Source of the DNA: Veleropilina oligotropha
Lineage: Eukaryota
Length of the DNA stretch: 64,000 nt
Direction: 5' to 3'
Assembly: GCA_048128005.1 (NCBI GenBank)
Contig: JBEUKZ010000080.1
Location: 186,001 to 250,000 of the forward strand
The notes beneath the pieces were generated by a model that did not search any database, was not told where the DNA came from, and was given only the letters and a program-made list of their open reading frames with translations. Shown one piece after another: positions 8,910 through 19,100 of the stretch. A program made the translations under genes and the position numbers. Within the stretch, counting starts at the first letter, position 1, and every line of letters begins with the position of its first letter.

Positions 8910-9820
8910 ACAAGTTTATCGAGTTTTTATCGTCGCTCTTCGACCGCGGTATGTCAGTGTCCGCCGTCAAAGGCTATCGGGCAACGATCGCGACCACGCT
9001 AAAGCAGTGTCGTGCCCATGCTGGCCTATCAAGCGACCGAACGATATCAGATTTTATCCGATCTTACGAACTCGAGATACCGACCCGAAGAATTAAGCCA
9101 CCTGCCTGGAATATCGTACTTATTCTTAACGCATTACTCTTACCCCCGTATGAGCCGATGTCCGAGATAACCATGAGGAACTTGACGCACAAAACAGTTT
9201 TTCTGATCGCCTTAGCGTCGGGCAGGCGTTGTTCCGAGATTCATGCTTTCTCCTCCGAGCTAAGAGACATACGATTCCAGTCAGACGGGTCGGTGATACT
9301 GCGTCCCATTCTGGGCTTCTTAGCCAAGAACCAGCGGCCGAACGAGGACGCACCCGATGTTGTTATTCCCAAGCTAACGCTAGTCGGAAGGCGCGACGCA
9401 GACCGCTTCAATTGCCCGGTCCGGGCGCTTCGGTTCTACCTAGACAGAACCCGTGAGTTGCGACAGGGAAAATTACGTTTATTCATATCGTATTTGCCCA
9501 CCTACACCCGCGACATTACGAGGACTACTGTTTCGCGGTGGATTTCACAGACAGTGAGAGATGTATACATCCGCTGTGACAACGAAGACCGAACTATTTT
9601 ATCGGTCCGCGCACATGAGGTCCGGGCTATTGCAGCGTCTGTAGCCTTCCGACATAATTTAAATATCAATGCGTTACTACAGGCCGGATATTGGAAAAAC
9701 GCTAACGTGTTTGTAAAACATTATCTGCGCGACTACTCAACAGGGGCTGATGGCCTGAGCAGTTTACACTGTGTTGCTGCACAAAGGGTTATTGTTAGAC
9801 CGAGGTCTTCTAATCAGTAA
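6863..9820 (+). CDS. DIRS ORF3: tyrosine recombinase (C-terminal ~350 aa) with a long N-terminal region overlapping ORF2
   Basis: Catalytic residues in LASGRRCSE (R), AKNQ (K), HEVR (HxxR), AGYW (W), KHYLR (Y), plus the CPVRAL motif. True start uncertain (first ATG at 8033). Confidence 0.92.
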   Translation: MPAPAGGSVPVSTQPALARADRQQLGPLSRECRIQVGIQPASDLNRGTTNKTRSPPKRRETSGLRPGSAGFAPKKSDISRAAQHTRILQPFLPGPETRWPLETDPRSLVPKPISSYREIPARNPLEDSSGHPSGRLGSVYRSRRRVSACPDAYHGSSVPSVYTRGDDLPIQVPTVRSIVSPVRLHENSTGPGGLPTLSRAQGTYVPRRLADPRGVPRSVPPVYELYPVIDEAPGISDQRDKILLRALDDVYVPRSRLRYGPVHREADPEAYAEPTRGYPRHPVIGHNYGATTGHCPGAHRVGSAPATDGSHGQKTVTTGFQGSLDTTDGAVDGSHRSTALVYRHDSSVVEPRFAGPVGSYIPTRAERLPVHRRFERRLGWSPRQLRDIRPMADRPSGTTYQLPRVRSRLPVSTVPLVTSPQQAYNARHGQHDCRRLHTAPGRHSLASPMRPSNRPTPLSDVPQLDDSSPTHPGKAECQSGFALSEITDYTHRVDATQPSSSGRLSPVVTTPSRLVCNRIQLPTTSVCLPVPRPGRPSGRRNVNDMGESVRVCLPPDVHSITGITEGSDRTLRDNANSAPVSHATLVSDPPRSDRRSTVSVTAETRPVNAITHPCTPRVAEPLTFTRLAVIERSLAKKGFSKATALRIYRSRRISTTKVYDYRWVKYVDWCHSRQINILRPPVNKFIEFLSSLFDRGMSVSAVKGYRATIATTLKQCRAHAGLSSDRTISDFIRSYELEIPTRRIKPPAWNIVLILNALLLPPYEPMSEITMRNLTHKTVFLIALASGRRCSEIHAFSSELRDIRFQSDGSVILRPILGFLAKNQRPNEDAPDVVIPKLTLVGRRDADRFNCPVRALRFYLDRTRELRQGKLRLFISYLPTYTRDITRTTVSRWISQTVRDVYIRCDNEDRTILSVRAHEVRAIAASVAFRHNLNINALLQAGYWKNANVFVKHYLRDYSTGADGLSSLHCVAAQRVIVRPRSSNQ

Positions 9821-10657
9821 GTATTGTTCTCTGATTGATCATTTGCATATTTACTGACGCCATTTTATTTTTGTTGGCCAACGGTGCTACGAAAATTAAC
9901 ACCTACGAGGCAGTTCAATGTCTGTTCATTTCTTAAATCTAATTTAAGATTTTGTACTTTTCATGTCAGACCTGAGCAGCTGACAGCCAGATTACATTGA
10001 ATTTAATAAAACAACTTTTATAATTTTGCACAAATCTTAAAAAGATTAAGGTTCAATATTATTATGTTCTTTGCTGTAATCGAACATACGATGTTCAATA
10101 CATTTAAAAAAATGTTGATTCCTTAACATTTATTTTTAAGTAACATGTCGAACATTTTTGCTTCCTTAAAAATTATTTTTAAGTGACATGTCGTCCATGT
10201 TAGCGTTCGCAAGTTGGTCATGCGAATTACTTATTAATATCGATTATTTATAATAATCTATTAATTCTTTGCTTTTGATTTAAAGCTTTCACAACCTGTT
10301 AGGTTCCGTGTGCTTACAAATCCGACTGCATCCTCTGGTTACCGGCCTATAGGCCCGGAGTCCCATTTGGCTGCCACTGGTCCATGACACGTAAGACCTA
10401 CAGGGATTTATCCTTCCGGCCGTGCCTGGGGCTGATTGCACTTCCGTTCACCTCGTCCGACTAATACCACGGCGTATTCTCCCGGTAACACTGGTCGAAA
10501 TTCTCGCTTGGTAAGAGTAGAATATAATACTCAGTAAAAATTCCACTCTAGGCGGACACAATCGACGCTTCATGCTGATTGAATTGGTGACAAGTAAGTC
10601 ATTATCTTGTTTGGGTTTGTTGTAAGGAACGTCTTACCCACCTATCCAAGGTTATTC

Positions 10658-10748
10658 TGGCAAGAGTAAGGACGTAAGTATGTTTGTAACTATATATGAG
10701 GTTTTAATGTAAACCTAATATTAGTATAAAACATACTTACGTCCTTAC
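10658..10748 (+). other. Internal complementary region (ICR) of DIRS A
   Basis: 10658-10696 is complementary to the left terminus (3590-3628) and 10697-10748 is complementary to the right terminus including rE. Its reverse complement spells the predicted circle junction ...aaaacctca-tat-atagttac.... Confidence 0.95.
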
Positions 10749-10808
10749 ACGATTACCCACCCTGCGTTTCGCATTCCTCCCCTCTACTACGTTCCTTTGG
10801 GGTTTTTG

Positions 10809-11047
10809 AACTTTGAATTGAGGTCTTGTGACTTCTATTGTTCAGAAGTCTCGCGAGACTTGGCGAAGTCTCGCTAGGAACGTGATGGGGTAGGAGCAGG
10901 GGAGGTAACCGTGTACGTTTTTGACTTATTAAGAGTGCATTATGGGACATATTCACTATTTCCGGTTTGGCGATAATATAACTATTATGGCAAGAGTAAG
11001 GACGTAAGTATGTTTTATACTAATATTAGGTTTACATTAAAACCTCA
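10809..11047 (+). repeat. Right ITR plus 32-bp right extension (rE) of DIRS A
   Basis: 10809-11015 is the inverted copy of the left ITR; 11016-11047 is absent from the left end but complementary to the second half of the ICR. Confidence 0.95.
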
Positions 11048-11334
11048 TTTATGAGACAACCCATCTCTCCCTGTATCTTTGAATATAATGGGAGTTCAAG
11101 ATATGTAGCATTCAAGCAGACATTTACTGTTTACGATATTTGGGACACCACACATTTTTCAAGTACACAAAAGAGACAGATATAAATATATAGACAGTTA
11201 TCTGCACAACACTAAAACACTTCCTTGTAGTGTAGCGCATACAAAAGTTAACAGATATAGGCCACAAAGTCCTGGACTGAGACATAATAGCCATCATATA
11301 TAGCATTATAAAGGTTATGCTTTATAATATTAAA

Positions 11335-11428
11335 TAATACACTGATGGTCGAGGTGTGATATCACTATTAGATCGAGGGTTAGCCGAGATCTGATGGTGA
11401 TATCACGCAGAGTATCATCAGTGTATTA
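11335..11428. repeat. Long imperfect palindrome with CGAG-n-CGAG loop (probable end of a non-autonomous DNA element)
   Basis: Arms taatacactgatg...gtgatatcactattagatc / gatctgatggtgatatcac...catcagtgtatta; loop cgagggttagccgag. Confidence 0.7.
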
Positions 11429-13252
11429 CTTGTTATAAAATTTTAATTTAATCCCGTTAGCATATCAGGTAGGAAAAGAGTGATATCAACGCCGTCAAAT
11501 ATCTGATATCACCCCTAGGGGTTTATAGAATGATGTTACTTATATCTACATGGATAGCATACCTGTAGTGCTGATACATATCCAATATAATTACTCGTTC
11601 TGCGTTGAATCTAACACACACACTGTCATCAGTGCCATGAATCTAACGTGAACCGTTTTCTGGACATCACAAGACTTATTATAAGTGTTGGCAAGTGCAC
11701 ACGGTCAGGCCTATGCCTATACACCAGAATTATAACGACATCCAAGGGGAAGAGCCAATGTCAAGCCTGACCGCATTTCGCTCTATTATGTTCTGTCTAA
11801 CAGCATAGTAACTGTGCCGCTGGATTGGTTTATGAATACATTGTTTACATATGATCTGTGGGATATGTCGGTCCAATACCAGCTGAATAATATACAGATA
11901 AGATCGTTTATGAAGCATCATGGGCTTGCGTTGTTCTGTTGACTTATTACTCAATGGCAAACAGTCAAATGAACAAGATATTATAAGCATTGCACAACGG
12001 ATATGGTGCAGCAAAAATATGCTTGAATAAAGAAGATTATTAATCAATATTTTAGTGGATATACAGATGTTCCTTGGTAATATCTATATCCATAACTGAT
12101 ATAAACTGCATATTTCAGATGTAATATGGAATATATCGCAGGACCTATTTCATGTTAAAGTTGCATATACAACCATCAAATTTTATGCACTTGTGAAACA
12201 CTCACTGTTAATGTTACACATAACGCATGCCGATTACGTAAATCATACAATTACAGGTGAACATGAAATTTATAATAACCACAAAAAAGGAAAATTATAG
12301 TTCTATGAACAAAATAGACCAATGATCAATAGTGATCGAATTGCTACCATTAGAAAGCATATTAAAATCTGACATGCATGCTTTGTTGATGTCTTGATCA
12401 AAGGTTAAATTATACCCTGTAAATGTAAAATTGTATGTATACACAACAATGACTTTACTTTTATTGAAGTATGTATAACAGAAACTAAGGTATTGTTTAT
12501 AATTATTATAAAATTTATACATTATTTATCATCTTTCAAATTAAATTTAGGTTGTGTGGAAGAATACATATATTATGTCAAATACACACAAGTCATGATT
12601 AAAACATTGTTAATACTTACAGCATATCCATATATCTGCAGTGAATATGTCTTCAAGTAATTTGCATTAAGTATACGTCTACATACCCCAAGTAAAACAG
12701 AGGCCCACTAAAGCCCAATAACAATAAAGAACAGTAATTTTAAACACAGACTACCAGACCATAAACATTAAGTCCAGCCCATTCAGCCAATCAGGGACTG
12801 GCCTCCGTCATAACACTGCTAATCCGCTATATAGAATTACTGGTAATGGTTAACCATGATGTGCCTTTCACCTATTGACCCAAGCAATGTAATAAAATCC
12901 AACTTGAAAATGGACTTAAGGGGGACAGAATACATAATTAATGTAACATACCAACAGTCAGTCCCTAGGGAGGTGAACAATCAGTCGCTTAATTAACAAA
13001 AGACCATATTGTCTCTGTGGGATTTGAATTGATATCCTTTGAATTTGAGTTATTGTTATGTTTAACATTTAGGATCATAATCTTCTTTGAAATATCGAAC
13101 ATGTCCATAATTATCCAGGGTTAGGGGTCACGGTAGGTGGCGCGTTATCATTGTTAATTAAATATCAAGATATCTGGTGTGAAATGCACCGCTTAAGTGC
13201 CGGTTATGGGTGGGAGATTAAATATTAAAGTATGTGATGTGAAAGAAACTAC

Positions 13253-14332
13253 AACAAGTGATTGCCACTAAGTGGCAATTGTCCCCCGCCCGTATTATTG
13301 ACCACATATATATTTTTGCCCGCTGTGTACTCAGTAACTCTATGAGAATTCATTAATTAAGCAAGATTTCCTGCCACCAGAGGCTACAGAGATATATATG
13401 CACCCAGAGACTCTTAAAGTGTAAATACTTCAAGTAAATTAAATAACTCTCATTATTCAAACTTTATCCATCACATTGTGGTTAGTTGGTTTGTGAAGAT
13501 TCAGATAAAATTTATAAATTCCATACATGCAGAGACTATGTTTTAAATCAACAAAATTCAGCAATAAATCAAGGTTTCAAAAAATCCCCAATATTTGAAA
13601 TTGATCTACCCCTTGATGGGGTTAGTTGATCTATAAAGTTTCAGAAAGCTAGAATCTCTGTAAATGAAATAAGTGCATGTTAGAAAATTGACCACATCCA
13701 TGCGTGCAGAGACTATGTACAAAATCGCCAAAAAATCCATAAATTTAAAAAAACATTCCCCATATTCAAAAAGGAAAAAGGAAAGGATCAATGCTTATTT
13801 CCAACCTATTTAGGTTCAAACCAGGACAAACCATATTATCGCGGGAGGAAAGCCCGCCCTCTTGGACCAGTTATGGACAACTGTGATTCATAATTTGAAC
13901 AAATAATGTCATGCTCCAGGCGGGGTTTGAACCCACATTGGCAATACTGTTCGCGTCAGCGGAATCAAGTCAGTGATTTTCTGAGTCTACACCGATACCA
14001 CAGAGCTGTCGAAGCGGCCCCCATATTCGAACTTACTCCATCACAGCTTCGTACAGCTAGAATTTCTCTAATTTGAAAAAGTTAGTTGTGACAAAATTGA
14101 CAACATCCATGCGTCCAGAGACAATATTCAATATCACGAAATACCTAAAAGTTTTCAAAATTCCCAATATTGGAACTTGATCTACCTAATGATGTAATTA
14201 ATTGATCGGTAGTTTCAAAAAGCTAGAAATTCTCAATATGAAAACAAGAAATTCCGCGGAATCATATGGCTCGCCACCACAGCTAAAGCATGACAAAATC
14301 ATAATATACCGGCCTATTGTCAGGGGACACAA
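13253..14332. mobile_element. Helentron/HINE-like non-autonomous element interrupted by a SINE
   Basis: Begins aacaag followed by the hairpin attgccac-taa-gtggcaat. Internal degenerate repeats resemble the 180-bp unit at 15430-16100; ends near ggggacacaa. Confidence 0.55.
13771..14018 (-). mobile_element. tRNA-derived SINE (family 1)
   Basis: The minus strand has a ggccgcttcg head, B-box ggttcaaaccc, body ttgttcaaattatgaatcacagttgtcc...gggctttcctcccgcgataa and a pyrimidine tail. Flanked by the direct repeat ccccatattc(a/g)aa (13758-13770, 14019-14031). Homologous to 33847 and 37197. Confidence 0.75.
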
Positions 14333-14477
14333 TGACTTTAACCTTGACCAGCTGAGGAGAGTGATATTAGACACTTGATACAGTCTGTTCTTGTAATGAT
14401 AATATACACTGCCATCTCAAGATACCCATGGAATAAACCAGTGTGGAAGCCAGTTTTCAAAATCCATCTGATTTTGA

Positions 14478-15027
14478 GAACCCCAGCTTCAGTGACCATT
14501 AAGCTTAACAGCTTACTGTGCCTATTGGAACCCCAGCTTCAGTGACCATTAAGCTTAACAGCTTACTGCGCCTATTGGAACCCCAGCTTCAGTGACCATT
14601 AAGCTTAACAGCTTACTGCGCCTATTGGAACCCCAGCTTCAGTGACCATTAAGCTTAACAGCTTACTGCGCCTATTGGAACCCCAGCTTCAGTGACCATT
14701 AAGCTTAACAGCTTACTGTGCCTATTGGAACCCCAGCTTCAGTGACCATTAAGCTTAACAGCTTACTGTGCCTATTGGAACCCCAGCTTCAGTGACCATT
14801 AAGCTTAACAGCTTACTGTGCCTATTGGAACCCCAGCTTCAGTGACCATTAAGCTTAACAGCTTACTGCGCCTATTGGAACCCCAGCTTCAGTGACCATT
14901 AAGCTTAACAGCTTACTGCGCCTATTGGAACCCCAGCTTCAGTGACCATTAAGCTTAACAGCTTACTGTGCCTATTGGAACCCCAGCTTCAGTGACCATT
15001 AAGCTTAACAGCTTACTGTGCCTATTG
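14478..15027. repeat. 50-bp minisatellite, 11 near-identical copies
   Basis: Unit gaaccccagcttcagtgaccattaagcttaacagcttactgYgcctattg; only one variable site. Confidence 0.97.
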
Positions 15028-15289
15028 GCACATGTCCCTTTCATAGTACTTTAAAAAATATCTCTGTTTCTTTTCTATTCTCAATATTTCAAGGCATAAT
15101 TAAAATTTGTGTATGCGCAGCGAAAATAATTTTTTTTTTGGGGGGGTGAGGGTGAGCAAATCTGAAGGATTAACATGTTTAACAGGTTTATACACGTGGA
15201 GTTTAAAATTGAACTGATGTACATTGTAGTGGAGAGACCAATATATCATCTGGAAGCAATACGCAAAACCTTAACGCAATAATTAAACT

Positions 15290-15380
15290 TGGGGGGTGGG
15301 GTGAGCATGAGGGGGGGGTGAGCATGAGGGGGGAGGGTGAGCATGGGGGGGAGGGGTGAGCATGAGGGGGGATGAAGGGG
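15290..15380. repeat. G-rich short tandem repeat (G-run + tgagcatg), 4 copies
   Basis: gggtgagcatga(g)n repeated; the G-runs could form a G-quadruplex. Confidence 0.7.
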
Positions 15381-15429
15381 AAAAGCAATACCAATATCTC
15401 TTTCCCTACGGGCGAGACAAATATTGTAA

Positions 15430-16192
15430 GAAGATTACATCCATGTTGAAAAGTCTTGAAAAGTCACCAAAAAAACATGTTTTTAAAATAATTTCACAAT
15501 ATTCGAAATTGATATATACCCAATGGTGTGGTTGGTAAATCTGTAAAGTTTCAGAATGGAAAAAATAATGTGAGAAATTGACCATATCCATGCTTCCAGA
15601 GGCTATGTTCAAATTCACCGAAAACACAAGTTTGCAAAATATATTCCCAATATTCGAACTTGATCTACCCAATGATGTGCTTAGTTCATCTGTAAAGTTT
15701 TGTAAAGCTCACATTACCCTTAATGAAAAAAAAGATGTGAGAAATATACTACATCCATGCTTCACAGACTATGTTCAAAATTGTCGAAAAGTCACCAAAA
15801 AACAGAAGTTTTCAAAATAAATTTCCAATATTCGAACCTGATCTACCCAATGATGTGGTTAGTTGATCTGTAAAGTTTCGTAAAGCTCACATTTCCATAA
15901 ATGAAAAAAAAGATGTGAGAAATATACCACATCCATGCTTCCAGAGACTATTTTCAAAATTGCCGAAAAGTCGCCAAAAAAACAGAAGTCTTCAAAATAA
16001 ATTTCCAATATTCTAACCTGATCTACCCAATGATGTGGTTAGTTGATCTGTAAAGTTTCTGAAAGCTCGCATTTCTATAAATGGCAAAAAAAGATGTGAG
16101 AAAATCTGGGACGGACGGATAGACGGATGCACGAACGCGGATACATGTACTAATATGTCCCCGGACCGCCCGATAAGCAGCGGGGGACAATA
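15430..16192. mobile_element. HINE-like element with ~180-bp internal tandem repeats
   Basis: atctacccaatgatg recurs at 15663, 15841 and 16021; (GGAC)n tract near 16110; terminal hairpin tgtccccg...cgggggaca followed by ataa. Confidence 0.65.
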
Positions 16193-19100
16193 ATAGCTGG
16201 TGGGGTGGGGTTTTGCTTGGAAATTATATCGCAATATCCAATGTGAAACCTACCACTTGAGTGGCGATTATGGACTACCATGAAGGAAAATAAATCTTGA
16301 GATATCCAATGTGAAATACAAAGAGTCACAGACTCACTGATGTACGTATCTGTGCTAGTGTGATCGATCAATTTTAAGTCGAACTCTAAAGCTAATATTA
16401 GTGAACATTGCACAGTTCAGCAGAATGTTCTTGTTAAATAAACAAACAATTGTCAAGTACATGCAGTGACTCTCATTCTACATGAAGCAATATAATGTTT
16501 TGCTTTCTGATTTATCATTGCATGTAGACTAACATGTCAAGATCTTAATCAAGTCTTAGATCAAGTCAGCTAGCAGAATAATATTATCCGTAAGTTTATC
16601 ATATGAAATTCACTTCAACAATTTGATCATATCTCCACAAAACAAAACGTTTTAACTTAATTATAACAATAACACCAAAGATTTATGTGGAAGTGCTACC
16701 AATTATTCAGAGCAACACACCTGCTTGTCAATAAGGCCTCAGGTTCGCAGAAGGATGTACCGATAATGTGAGTCCCATCTGATGCGAGTAGTAATCCATC
16801 AATCTGATATCAATTAAATAGAAGACCATTGTTTAAATAGTGAGAAACAAAAGAATATGCAGATACAGTGAGTATCATATTTTTTGCTGAGTCCTATATT
16901 CCACATATTATCAATCGATGTGGGCATTAATCCTGACCCAGAACTAACATCAAACACTGCAAATGCTTCTGCAAAGATGTGAACAATTTCCTAAAAGCTT
17001 TTAGTGATTTGGAAAAATATGTTTAATTCATACTAACAGAAGATTCGCCATAGAGAATAATGACAATGTATCAGGAAGAAATCTATACTCCTTGTGAAGC
17101 GTGATTATACGCCACAAATATGCGAGTGAATTGGTTCAGTATCAGGAGAAGTCACCAAAGCAACATGACACTGAGGAAATTAATAAACACGTGTAAAGCA
17201 GTAATGGCCTAATCATTAATGCTAATGAAAGCCGATCAATGATCATGCATGACAACAACATTGAATAAAGAGTTGCGAAATAGCAGTCACATAAAGACTG
17301 CACGGTTAAAACTACTATTAATAATCATTTATTTATTACCAAAATTTTCAGCACGCTGTACGTATGAGTAAATTTTCGTTTTTGGAACAAGAGGGGACGG
17401 GATGTCTCAGACCCTGGCTATAGCTATTTATTTATGATCAGGCTTAATATTTATGCATTGTACTACATGTACATGCATAACATTACCTAGTATATAATAT
17501 TATTATCTTCCTTACAAATCCAGATCAATTTCATCATTATGAAGGCACCTGCAGTCTTTTATATCCCTCGGATGGATTTGTGATATAATATTACATCTGA
17601 AGTAATGCCAATCCATAATCTAGGTCACTTTATTCCTGCAAGTAGCCACTATTTATTCTGAGAACTAATTATTCGAACTATTCACACATTACAAGTGGCA
17701 GCATCTGGCATAAGTCAACAATCCCTTACTGGCACCAGATCAGTGCTTCTGAGATAGTCAGTTGTTAACATTAATTTTGCAAGTTTAAACATTTGATGGA
17801 GAGAATATTAGATTCCCAATGTAAATGTATCGCATAACTATACAGTTGTATGATACCATATGTGATCTTATGGAGCATATTAATAAGTGACGGTTATTTC
17901 ATGATAATATGATATCGTGCATCAATATTTGACAGGTTTAATTATGTGCAGCAGTCAGACTAGATACATGATCGACACACAAATGGATCACGACAAAAAT
18001 TGTTCAGTCATAACTTATATGTTTGGTCAAATTTGAATGATGATGTTGGTAATGATGATGTTGGTAATGCGATAGATAAATGAGGAGCTGATATATGATT
18101 TACAAACAGGGACTCATTATATAACACACTTGCTATAACTATATTTCGCTTCCTTAACTCCAATAAAAATAATGATAATACGCAGTAAATGTAGTCACCA
18201 GTATAACATTATATTACGTTACATGGCAATATGCACACTCTGACATACCTGCTGAGACAGAACCAATTACCTACGTAAGAGTATACTGTCAATTACATGT
18301 ACTATACATGAAGTCAGAAGACGACACAAACACACATCAATCACAATTATCATCTCTGTTCATCTCTTGCATGGTCGCAAATTGATTTACGCGTGCAATA
18401 TCACAGTTCACACACAGAAGCCATAAAATATTATGATATGATAATCAATCCTCATCCTCAAATACATTAACTTCAGAATACAGCAAGACAGAGCCATCAA
18501 TATTCCCCCACAATGGTACATTTGTACAGTTTTTGAGATACACTCCGGAAAAGATACAACACTAATGAATTTAAGACAAAAGCAATAACTCGATCTGACG
18601 TTAATAATTTCTGCACAATGCCAAAATTAACAAAAGGTACCAGATCACCAACTACTTAATACATCCACTAAGTTTCGTAAAGATATACCTAGTGGGTTAT
18701 GAAATTGCACTCCGGAAAAGATAATTTGCACGGACGGATGGTCTGCATTTAATTTCCGCGCAAATTTATTTTTGGGATGGATAATAAAAATGTTACAAGA
18801 TACAACACAGACTTTCTTTGGGCCTAATTATTTTCGCTGACTTTTTTGAATTTTTCTCTCGATATTCATATTTGAACAGTCGTTCATGTAACAATGCCTT
18901 TGCCAAAGGATTCAGGTGATGGCAAAAAATCATCACAGCTAATTGCTGACTACAGCGCTGATGATAAATGGCACCAAATGTCATGCCATTTAAATTCTAC
19001 AGAAAACAAAAAAACAGTTGCTTGTATCAGTTGAGCAGCAATGATCTAATTGGCTGTGAAGATATATCAGTGAAATGCTTGGGAAAGGTAGGGCACATAC

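Larger units (their letters stand above)
3590..11047 (+). mobile_element. Full-length DIRS1-like tyrosine-recombinase retrotransposon (family A)
   Basis: ITRs at 3601-3807 and 10809-11015, right extension 11016-11047, ICR 10658-10748 complementary to both outer ends, three open ORFs (gag, RT-RH-MT, YR), no target-site duplication. Confidence 0.97.

Noticed and set aside
4632..9456. Short alternative-frame and antisense ORFs inside the DIRS element
   Set aside because: Expected in GC-rich coding DNA, with no recognisable motifs.
10420..10505. Hammerhead, HDV or twister ribozyme in the DIRS 3' block
   Set aside because: ctgattg is not CUGANGA, the GAAA is not conserved in family B (caaaa), and I could not build HDV or twister pseudoknots by eye.
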